NCBI GenBank assembly: GCA_041492755.1
Contig: JBGPXN010000108.1
Coordinates: 1 to 14,787, forward strand
Direction: 5' to 3'
DNA length: 14,787 bases
From: Candidatus Methylomirabilia bacterium
Lineage (GTDB): Bacteria > Methylomirabilota > Methylomirabilia > Rokubacteriales > CSP1-6
Shown one piece after another: positions 7,720-14,787 of this stretch (within the stretch, counting starts at the first letter, position 1; every line of letters starts with the position of its first letter). A program made the position numbers and the translations under genes. Below the pieces are notes generated by a model. It was given only the letters and a program-made list of their open reading frames with translations, searched no databases and was not told the DNA's origin.

Positions 7720-7830
7720 TGGGCTCTCCGCCGGGTGCCTCGTCGCGCCCCCAGGGCCCCGAACCTCGCGGCTCTGGTCCGGCTCGTTCGGCTGAGCGGA
7801 TCCCCGTAGCGCCGCGACGCCGTTTTAGCC

Positions 7831-8205
7831 TCAGCAGCGGGTGACGTGGGCGGACACGGCGAGCCAGCGGCCCTGGCGGCGCGCCCAGACGTCGGTGTAT
7901 CGGCCCGCGCCCGCTCGACCGTCCGGCAGCGTGTATGTCGTCCGCGCATGGATGATCGCCACGTCGCCGATGATCCGGATGCGCACGTCATGGGCCTCGA
8001 GATTCGAGATCGTCACCGGGCGCGCCGTCTGGGCCAGGAAGCCCGCGCGATCGATGAGTGAGCCGTCGGGATTGCTGCACAGGAAGTCCTCCGTGAGGAT
8101 CTCGTCGAACCGGCGGACGTCCGACGTCTGGACGGATCTGATGTAGTCGCGATTGAGCTGCCGCAGGATGTCGACATCCGTGGGGGCGATGGTCTCAACT
8201 GCCAT
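7831..8205 (-). CDS. DUF4440 / NTF2-like (SnoaL-like) protein
   Basis: 124 aa, MAVETIAPTD..LTEDF..PDG...GDVAII...RYTDVWARRQGRWLAVSAH; GGGAGG RBS upstream of ATG 8205. Confidence 0.88.
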   Translation of the reverse strand: MAVETIAPTDVDILRQLNRDYIRSVQTSDVRRFDEILTEDFLCSNPDGSLIDRAGFLAQTARPVTISNLEAHDVRIRIIGDVAIIHARTTYTLPDGRAGAGRYTDVWARRQGRWLAVSAHVTRC

Positions 8206-8252
8206 GCGTCTTCCCTCCCTCTGTAGGTTGTGGCCCGGCGAGCGGTGCGTCC

Positions 8253-9671
8253 TCACTCGGCGCGGCGCGTGTCCCGAATGCGCCGCGCCTTGAATTCGGT
8301 CTTCGGCAGCGTGCCCGGCGCCAGCACCTCGACGTCGCAACGCACCTCGCAGCGCGTGCGAATCTCCCGGGCCACGTGCTCGCCGATCGCGCTGTCTACA
8401 TGCTCCACTCGCGCCGTCATCACGTCGAGCCCGTCGGCATTGGTGGCGAGCACGATCTCGTATTCGTCGCCGACCCCGGGCACGGCGCGCACCGCTTCCT
8501 CGAGCTGGACGGGGTACATCTTCACGCCCCGCAGGTTGATCAGCTCGTCGGCGCGGCCCGCGAAGGCCCCCACGGCACGGAGGTGCGTGCGCCCGCACTC
8601 ACACTTCTCCGAGGTGAACACCGAGTAGTCGCCGACCAGGAACCGCAACTGCGGTGAGCTCTCCGAGTTGAGGCTGGTACAGACCGTCAGGCCGCGGGCG
8701 CCCTCGCCGACGCGCTGCTTGCTCTCGGCGTCGACCAGCTCCCAGATCTGCACGTCCTCCATCAGGTGCGATGTGACCGGCCCCGGGCCCCGATCCGACG
8801 CCGGGCAGGAATAGCCGCCGCAGTGGGGCGAGACCTCGGTGCACCCGTAGAACTCGACGAGCCGCGCGCTCCACAACGCCTCGAGCCGCCGGCGCGTGCC
8901 CTCGACGCCGGCCGCCGGCTCGCCGCCGACCAGGATGGTGCGCACCGAGCTCTTGGCCGGGTCCATGCCCCGCTCCGCCATCATGCGGCCCAGGTGCAGC
9001 ACGTACGACGGCGTGCAGCAGAGAACGGTCGGCTTGAAGCGATCGACCAGCATCGCGCGCGCCTCGCCGGTCATTCCCCCGCCCGGGATACACGCCACCC
9101 CCATCTTGGCGAGCGCGAACTGGACGCCCCAGGCAAACACGTGCGGCCCGTAACCCGCGCAGATGAGCACGCTGTCGCCCGGCCGGATGCCGAAGGAGTG
9201 AATCGCCCGCGCGTTCGCCCACGCCCACAGGTCGCGATCGATCTGCGAATAACGAAAGATCCGCGGCACGCCGGTCGAGCCCGAGGAGGAGAACATCATC
9301 CAGCCGCGCGTCGCCCAGAGCCCGTCGTCGTGTGTCGTGTAGGTGCCGAAGGGCGGCGTCGCTTTGACGTCCTCCATCATCTCGGTCTTGTCGACCACCG
9401 GCCACTTCGGCAGATCGTCGACGGTTTGGATGTCGGTGGGGACCAGACCGAGCCGGTCGAAGCGGCAGCGATAGAACGCGCTGTTCTCGTAGAGGAAGGG
9501 CGTGAGCGCTGCGAGCTTCGCGTTCTGGATGGCAACCAGCTCATCGCGGCTCGCGCAGTCGAGCGACGGCGACCAGTACTCGGCGGAGCCCGGCCCGTCC
9601 GGGTCGCGCTTGTATCTGGCCAGCGTGTCGAGCCACGCCGCACGGGTGCGCTCGGCCCGGTCGTCGCTCAT
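8253..9671 (-). CDS. Phenylacetate-CoA ligase-like (PaaK family) adenylate-forming enzyme
   Basis: SSSGSTGVP P-loop, VGGEP, EFYGCTEV, RFLVGD, CECGRT zinc knuckle, GRADELINLRGVKMYP and a C-terminal KARRIRD. Confidence 0.92.
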   Translation of the reverse strand: MSDDRAERTRAAWLDTLARYKRDPDGPGSAEYWSPSLDCASRDELVAIQNAKLAALTPFLYENSAFYRCRFDRLGLVPTDIQTVDDLPKWPVVDKTEMMEDVKATPPFGTYTTHDDGLWATRGWMMFSSSGSTGVPRIFRYSQIDRDLWAWANARAIHSFGIRPGDSVLICAGYGPHVFAWGVQFALAKMGVACIPGGGMTGEARAMLVDRFKPTVLCCTPSYVLHLGRMMAERGMDPAKSSVRTILVGGEPAAGVEGTRRRLEALWSARLVEFYGCTEVSPHCGGYSCPASDRGPGPVTSHLMEDVQIWELVDAESKQRVGEGARGLTVCTSLNSESSPQLRFLVGDYSVFTSEKCECGRTHLRAVGAFAGRADELINLRGVKMYPVQLEEAVRAVPGVGDEYEIVLATNADGLDVMTARVEHVDSAIGEHVAREIRTRCEVRCDVEVLAPGTLPKTEFKARRIRDTRRAE

Positions 9672-9683
9672 CGCGGGCTCCCC

Positions 9684-9846
9684 TCAGATGCCCCGGCGGA
9701 GGCCGCCGTCAACGTGGATCCGCTCGCCAGTGATGTAGCGCGCCTTGGGCGAGCAGAGGAACGCGACCAGATACGCCATGTCGATGGGGTCGCCGAAGTA
9801 GCCGAGCGGTCACCACGGCGGTGCGGCCGCGAAGCTCGAGATCCAT
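9684..9846 (-). pseudogene. Short-chain dehydrogenase/reductase remnant (N- and C-termini only)
   Basis: GGGAG RBS and MDLELRGRTAVVT joined out of frame, at CCG (9807-9809), to PLGYFGDPIDMAYLVAFLCSPKARYITGERIHVDGGLRRGI*, a classic SDR C-terminus. Confidence 0.88.
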
Positions 9847-9888
9847 CCGTCACTCCCTGGCCCGCTCCTCAGGGGCCGGCGCTCGTCG

Positions 9889-10110
9889 TCACTTCGCCTT
9901 GAGCTTCACGTCCTCGTAGGGCGCCGAGCAGGCGTGGCCGGGAATGAGACCGAGGCCGGATTCCTGCACCCGCGGGCCGCGTACATCAGCAACGTGATCG
10001 TGATGCCTCACCATGGCGGCGTCAAGCCCAAGGGGCGGCTCCCATGGCAGCACCGCACCATCCTGCGGCCGCGAACACGAGCGCCCGCGTGAGCGCGTGG
10101 ACCGTTACTG
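9889..10110 (-). pseudogene. ABC transporter substrate-binding protein (family 5) remnant
   Basis: C-terminal GPRVQESGLGLIPGHACSAPYEDVKLKAK* (9889-9978) matches my recall of a Rokubacteria-expanded family-5 SBP. Upstream, in another frame, is a signal-peptide-like stretch VHALTRALVFAAAGWCGAAMGAAP-WG-LTPPW*GITITLLMYA. Confidence 0.55.
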
Positions 10111-10338
10111 ACGAACGGTCACCTCCGGCGCGGCGTAGAGCAGGTCGGGCGCGTGGCTCGCCTCCACCACCGGCCGCCGCACGCCCACGAAGTCCTCCGC
10201 CGGACAGGGGGCACGACGTTCGCTCGGCCGCGGCGTGCGCGAACGGCGCGCGGGAACGTTTCCCGAAGGCGGATCCGTTCGGGCTCCGACGACGCGGCTG
10301 CTTCGGTCGGCATGGCCCGGGACGGCACCGGCGCGGAG

Positions 10339-10409
10339 TGTCTCGAATTCAGGACATCGAAGTTCAAAAAGATCGAACCCGGAGGACAGCGAACCCTTTT
10401 CTGATCGAC
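10339..10409. promoter_or_regulatory. Candidate regulator-binding array (imperfect palindrome plus phased repeats)
   Basis: TGTCtcGAATTCagGACA at 10339-10356; A(T/G)CGA(A/C) at 10356, 10372, 10388 and 10404 (16-bp period); locally AT-richer. Confidence 0.4.
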
Positions 10410-10422
10410 TGGCAGACGGCCG

Positions 10423-11904
10423 TCATCCGCCCGGCGATCGCACCTTGCGCGTTCGCCGTAGACGCTCGGTCCCATCCCGGTCCACCCCCAACGGCTCGCC
10501 GGTGACCACCACGCCGTAGTCGCGCGCGGCGTCCTCCACCGTGAAATACCCGCGCGCCACGTCGCGCCGCACCAGCTCGGGGTCGCGGGTGAGCGGGTCA
10601 CCGTAGCCGCCGCCCCCGGGCGTGCGCACGTGCACGGTGTCGCCGGCGCCCACGCGGATGTCCTCGTCCTTGGACCAGTGCGGGGAGCGATAGGAGGTGC
10701 CCTGGCGCTCGACGACGACCTCGTTGGGGGCGCCGTCCTTGCCACCGAAGAGCCCCGGCGGTCCGAAGCGCCCGTGGTCCATCAGGAACGAGAGCAGCGC
10801 CTCGCCGCGCCGGATGCGCACTTTGTAGTCGACGCCGAAGCCGCCGCGTGTCCGGCCGGCGCCGCCCGAACGCTCGCGCAGCGCGTACTGCTCGAACAGG
10901 ATCGGGTAGTGCTGCTCCAGCACCTCGGCGGGCTGGGTCTTGGAGATGCCGATGGTGGAACAGCCGTTGGTGAGGCCGTCGTCCTCGGCGCTGCCGCCGT
11001 AACCCCCACCGGAGAAAACGTACATGATGTAGTGCCGTTCCTTCAGCGGATCGTAGCCGCCCAGCGTCAGGTTGCCGCTGGTGCCGGCCGGCGCGGCGAA
11101 AAGATCGTCGGGGATGGCGCGGGCCAGCGTGATGAAGACGCTCTCGGCGATGCGCGAGCTGACCTCGGCGGCGCAGCCCGAGACGGGCCGCGGGTAGCGG
11201 GCATAGAGAAACGTCCCGTGCGGGTCGGCGATCTTGAGCGGCTCGAAGCAGCCGGCGTTGATGGGCACGTCGGGGAAGATGTGCTTGATGGCCAGGTAGA
11301 CGGCGGCGCGCGTGGTGGCGATGACGCTGTTGAGGGGGCCACGGCACGGCGGGCTCGACTCGGAGAAGTCGAAGTGAAGGTCGGTCCCCTCCTTCTTGAT
11401 CGTGAGGCGAATGGCCAGCGGGTCGGGATCGACGCCGTCGGAATCCACGAAGGCCTCGCCGCCGTAGACGCCGTCGGGGATCTTGGCGATGTGGGCCCGC
11501 ATCATCAGCTCCGAGCGCCACCGCAGCTCCGTGATGCAGGCCGCGACCGTGTCGGCGCCGTAGCGGTCGAGCAGCGCGGTGAGCCGCCGCTCGCCCACGG
11601 TGAGGGCGGCCACCTGGGCCTTGATGTCGCCGATCCGCTCTTCGGGCACGCGGATGTTGGCGAGGACGATCTGGAGAATGTCGTCGTCCATCACGCCGGC
11701 GCGGAAGAGCTTGACCGGGGGCAGGCGCAGCCCCTCCTGCTGCACCTCGGTGGCCCGCGTCGCGAAGCCGCCGGGGACGGCGCCGCCGGTGTCCGGCCAG
11801 TGGCCGGTGTTGGCGAGCCACGCCCAGTGCCGGCCGCGGTAGAAGAACGGCTTCACCATCTTCACGTCCATGAGATGGGTGCCGCCGCAGTACGGGTCGT
11901 TGAC
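10423..11904 (-). pseudogene. hyuB: Hydantoinase B/oxoprolinase family subunit, 5'-truncated
   Basis: Homology starts abruptly at VNDPYCGGTHLMD and continues through GHWPDTGGAVPG, QEGLRLPP, NIRVP, SGGAGRTRGG and TPGGGGYGDP. The upstream part of the 744-aa track ORF is a shadow frame of hyuA. Confidence 0.88.
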
Positions 11905-13097
11905 GCGATCTCTCGCACCTGGTCGAGTCGCGCGCCGCCCGCCACGCCGAGCAGCGCGTCCGGATTCAGCCGGCCGAGGAGCAGGTTGGCGTCCGTGATG
12001 GTGGGCTCCTGGCCGCCGCGGCCGTAGCCGATGGGGCCGGGCTCGGCGCCAGCGCTCTCCGGCCCCACCTGGAGGATGCCCGCGCTCGACACCCGGGCGA
12101 TCGAGCCGCCGCCCGCGCCGATGGTGTGGATGTCGATCATGGGCACGCGCACGGGCAGGCCGTAGCCCATCTCCTTGTCGGCGCTCACCGCGGGCGCGCC
12201 GCCCACGATCACGCCGACGTCGAAGCTCGTGCCGCCCATGTCGCACGAGATCACGTTGGCGTGGCCGGCCGCGAGCGCGGTGAAGGCCGCGGCCTTCACG
12301 CCGGCCGCCGGCCCCGACATGAGCATGCTGACGGCGTGGCGCGCGGCCACGTCGACGGACATGGTGCCGCCGTTGCCCTGCATCACCAGGAGCTCGTGCT
12401 GGTAGCCCTGGCGGGCCAGCTCGCCGGCCAGCCGCCGCAGGTAGCGGTCGATCACCGGCTGGACGAACCCATTGATGGCCGCCGTCGTCCCGCGCTCGAA
12501 CTCCCGGTACTCGGGGAGCAGCTCGGCCCCCACGGTAAGGTACGGGTTCGGCCACTCGGCGGCGGCCACGTCGCGGGCGCGGCGCTCGTGCGCGTCGTTG
12601 ACGTACGAGTGGATGAAGTGGATCACCAGCGCCTCGACGCCGCGCGCGCGGAGCCACGCCGCGGCGCGCCGCACCTCGTCCTCGTCGAGCGGCGTCACCA
12701 CCTGCCCCTCGGCGTCCATCCGTTCGGTGACCTCGAGGCGCAGCTCGCGCGGGATCAACGCCTCGAACGTGCCCTTGAGACCGTAGGGCGTCGGCCGCGT
12801 TCGCCGGCCCAGCTCCAGGACGTCGCGGAATCCGCGCGTGGTGATGAGCCCGGTGCTCGCTCCCTTGCGCTCGAGGAGGGCATTGGTGGCCGTCGTGGTG
12901 CCGTGGACGACGATCTTCAAGTCAGCGGGCGTCGCCGCGGCCTCGGCGAGGGCGGCCAGGACGCCGTCCGCCTGGTTGCGGACGGTCGTTGGCACCTTGG
13001 CCACGCGCACGGCGCCGGTGGCCTCGTCGACCAGCACGAGGTCAGTGAAGGTGCCGCCGACGTCCACGCCGACGAGAAGCGCGCGCCGCGGGGTCAT
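11862..13097 (-). pseudogene. hyuA: Hydantoinase A/oxoprolinase family subunit, 3'-truncated
   Basis: GVDVGGTFTD, HGTTTATNALLE, EYREFER, SGPAAG, DMGGTSFD, IGAGGGS, GPESAGA and PTITDANLLLG. Homology ends at about aa 398 (nt ~11905), well short of the usual ~680-700 aa. Confidence 0.88.
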
Positions 13098-13130
13098 GAA
13101 TCGTTCCTCTATCGCGACGGCAGGGCGAAG

Positions 13131-13568
13131 TCAATCACGCGTGGCTGGCTTCGTCGTGGAGAAACCCTCCCGGCGAGCTGCGGCCAGAAGACGGTCGTCC
13201 AATGAAACGAACTCCAGGGTCGACGGACGAGCCTCCGCGACGAAGACGGCTGCGGCAAGCTGAAGAGCGTCCTCGCTGCGGAGATCGTGGACACGGAGGA
13301 GCCGCTTGGCCGACTCGCGCACCTCCTCACCAGGTTCGACCTCATGCCAACCCGCCCGCAGGGCGTTCAAGCGAACGAAGGCCTCAGCGGCGACGTCCTC
13401 CCGGAGCTGGCCGAACCGTTCCCGGCGCGCGATGGCCGATGTGCACTCGATCTCGCTCGCCCACCACGCGACCATGACCGGATCGCTCTCGTAGAGTCTT
13501 TGCATCGACCCGCTCATCGCTTCCGGCACGAGCAAGGGGACCACGGCGGAGCTGTCCCAGAACTTCAC
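13131..13568 (-). CDS. vapC: PIN-domain (VapC-like) toxin, TA module 3, apparently intact
   Basis: FWDSSA, EIEC, LRSEDALQLAAA and SLDDRL retain the acidic residues; GTGA overlap with the antitoxin. Confidence 0.92.
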   Translation of the reverse strand: MKFWDSSAVVPLLVPEAMSGSMQRLYESDPVMVAWWASEIECTSAIARRERFGQLREDVAAEAFVRLNALRAGWHEVEPGEEVRESAKRLLRVHDLRSEDALQLAAAVFVAEARPSTLEFVSLDDRLLAAARREGFSTTKPATRD

Positions 13569-13864
13569 CGCCCTTCCCGGCGCTCGTCAAGAAGCGCATC
13601 GAGCACGCCCGAAGGCTTCCTCGTCTTCGGCAGCTTCTTCATGATCAAGGCTCTGGGTGGCGGGGCCGTCGCCAACCGGAGTCCCCCACGCCGTTCCAGC
13701 CGCGCCAGCCGGCCTTCCGGATCTTCGGCGGCACCCGTGAGAGCCGACACGAGACGTGCCACCGGTCGCCCGCGGTCCGTGATGACGATCGTCTCGCCGT
13801 GCCGTACGCGATCGATCAGGGCGCTGAGCTGATTCTTCGCTTCAGTTATTGTGGCTTTTTTCAT
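13565..13864 (-). CDS. Phd/YefM-family antitoxin, TA module 3
   Basis: ITEAKNQLSALIDRVRHGETIVITDRGRPVARL Phd signature; C-terminal LDALLDERREGR. Confidence 0.93.
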   Translation of the reverse strand: MKKATITEAKNQLSALIDRVRHGETIVITDRGRPVARLVSALTGAAEDPEGRLARLERRGGLRLATAPPPRALIMKKLPKTRKPSGVLDALLDERREGR

Positions 13865-13865
13865 C

Positions 13866-13900
13866 TGGCTAGAATCGCCACCTCATGTGTTGCCCGTCAA
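13866..13900 (-). promoter_or_regulatory. Promoter/operator of TA module 3; probably leaderless
   Basis: Minus strand TTGACG (13895-13900), 18 bp, GATTCT (13871-13876), 6 nt, then ATG. An inverted repeat TGGC-N7-GCCA (13866-13880) brackets the -10. Confidence 0.5.
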
Positions 13901-14017
13901 GGGTTGGCTGGCTCATCGCTGAAGCCACACCCCGCCCGGAGGGCTCGATGGAGTCTACTCGCGGCCGGGTCGCATGTTAGGATTCATCACGTTTTTCGTC
14001 AGGATCGGGAGGGTGCC

Positions 14018-14413
14018 ATGACGCCAGTAGGAACCGAGCCAACCACAACCGAGGCCGACGTCCTCCGGGCCGACGACCGCCGCTTCGAGGCGATGCGGAA
14101 GGGCGACTGGGCCGCGCTCGACGCCGCGCTGGCCGATGACCTCGCGTATGTTCACTCCACCGCGCGGCTGGAGTCGAAGGCCGAGCACATCGCGAACCTG
14201 CGCGCCGGCAAGCCGCATTATCGCGGCATCGCGCCCCGCGAGCGACGGGTGCGCGTGCACGGCGGTGTCGGCATCGTCAACGGCGTGTCGGAGATGCACG
14301 TGGAGCGGGATGGCAAGGAGCAGCGCTTCACCGTCCGCTATCTGGCCGTCTACGCAAAGGCCGGCGAGCACTGGCGCATGATCGCCTGGCAATCCACGCG
14401 CGTGGATTCCTGA
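14018..14413 (+). CDS. DUF4440 / NTF2-like protein
   Basis: DDRRFEAM..D..ALDAALADDLAYVHST..ESKAE...RYLAVY....WRMIAWQST; GGGAGGG RBS before ATG 14018; TGnTAGGAT at about 13975-13983. Confidence 0.9.
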   Translation: MTPVGTEPTTTEADVLRADDRRFEAMRKGDWAALDAALADDLAYVHSTARLESKAEHIANLRAGKPHYRGIAPRERRVRVHGGVGIVNGVSEMHVERDGKEQRFTVRYLAVYAKAGEHWRMIAWQSTRVDS

Positions 14414-14520
14414 CATGAGGGGCCCCGACATGGCCCGATAGCCAGACATGGGGGGCCCCGCATGGCCCCCCATACCCCCCAAACGCTCGGCAGCGCCCCG
14501 GCGGAGCCGTGGCGCTCCTC
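14412..14520. repeat. REP-like intergenic element with two hairpins and a partial tandem copy
   Basis: ATGGGGGGCC-6nt-GGCCCCCCAT (14448-14473); AGCGCCcCGGC-GGA-GCCGtGGCGCT (14492-14516); 14412-14436 is a near copy of 14445-14468. Confidence 0.7.
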
Positions 14521-14534
14521 GTAGGAGACTCGGG

Positions 14535-14787
14535 ATGGCGGTGCTGGTAATCGGCGCGACCGGCTTCATTGGTCCACGGCTCATCAGGCGGCTGATCGCG
14601 CGCGGTGAGTCGGTGGTCGGCATGGACCTGAACCCTGGCGCGGCGGCGTTCGCGGACGTGCCGATCGGAGCGCCGGTGGTCCGCGGGGACGTCACGCAGT
14701 TCGAGGACGTGATGCGGACCGTGCTCGACGTGAAGCCGGAGCGGCTCATCAACCTCGCCTACGGGCTCGGCGCGGGCGAGGGCAACC
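14535..14787 (+). CDS. NAD-dependent epimerase/dehydratase (extended SDR), 3' part outside window
   Basis: Manual translation gives MAVLVIGATGFIGPRLIRRLIARGESVVGMD...RGDVT...LINLAY, with GxxGxxG; AGGAG RBS at 14523-14527. Confidence 0.9.
   Translation, partial: MAVLVIGATGFIGPRLIRRLIARGESVVGMDLNPGAAAFADVPIGAPVVRGDVTQFEDVMRTVLDVKPERLINLAYGLGAGEGN

Noticed and set aside
7287..7844. 185-aa PIN protein with a C-terminal extension
   Set aside because: The tail after the G6 run is out-of-frame read-through; the true PIN C-terminus is in the next frame and ends at 7719.
10209..10223. Sigma54-like GGGCACG-N4-TCGC (GG-N10-GC) on the plus strand
   Set aside because: It points away from the minus-strand operon towards the 3' end of hyuB, has no downstream plus-strand gene, and deviates from consensus in GC-rich DNA.
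10356..10409. Phased repeats as a CRISPR array or LexA boxes
   Set aside because: Units are only about 6 bp at a 16-bp period with no spacers or cas genes; GAAC/GTTC spacing fits neither GAAC-N4-GTTC nor GTTC-N7-GTTC.
10423..12657. 744-aa ORF as a full-length HyuB with a novel N-terminal domain
   Set aside because: The first ~250 aa are an Arg/Gly-rich alternative frame of hyuA; HyuB homology begins only at VNDPY (11904).
10..13205. Many long overlapping or antisense ORFs (e.g. 10..675, 2436..3794, 3777..5117, 5298..6509, 8766..9902, 10630..12027, 12126..13205)
   Set aside because: Shadow ORFs expected in high-GC coding DNA; they have low-complexity R/A/G/P composition and overlap genes with clear family motifs.
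1794..13864. Prophage, integron or defence island explaining the TA cluster
   Set aside because: No integrase, transposase, attC-like repeats, phage genes or recognisable defence genes; flanking genes are metabolic.
14448..14473. Rho-independent terminator after the DUF4440 gene
   Set aside because: Strong stem but no U-tract on either strand; better explained as part of a REP-like element.

Overview
GC-rich bacterial chromosomal region. Gene content and intergenic repeats resemble Candidatus Rokubacteria (Methylomirabilota), but that is my inference. It is a small-molecule catabolic and transport neighbourhood: a variant M20 amidohydrolase (partial), two MFS transporters, a two-module VOC/glyoxalase protein, an amidase-signature amidase coupled to an AtzH/HpxZ (DUF3225) protein, two DUF4440/NTF2-like proteins, a PaaK-like CoA ligase, hydantoinase/oxoprolinase A and B, and a partial NAD-dependent epimerase. 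Three separate PIN-toxin type II TA modules are interspersed, with RHH-, AbrB- and Phd-type antitoxins; two of the toxins carry lesions. The most striking signal is mostly absent from the ORF track. Five loci appear hollowed out by internal deletions that keep the start and end of the gene: an alpha/beta hydrolase, an AraC regulator, an SDR, an ABC substrate-binding protein, and the hyuA/hyuB junction. I see no CRISPR array, rRNA, tRNA or transposase, and no clearly new defence system.
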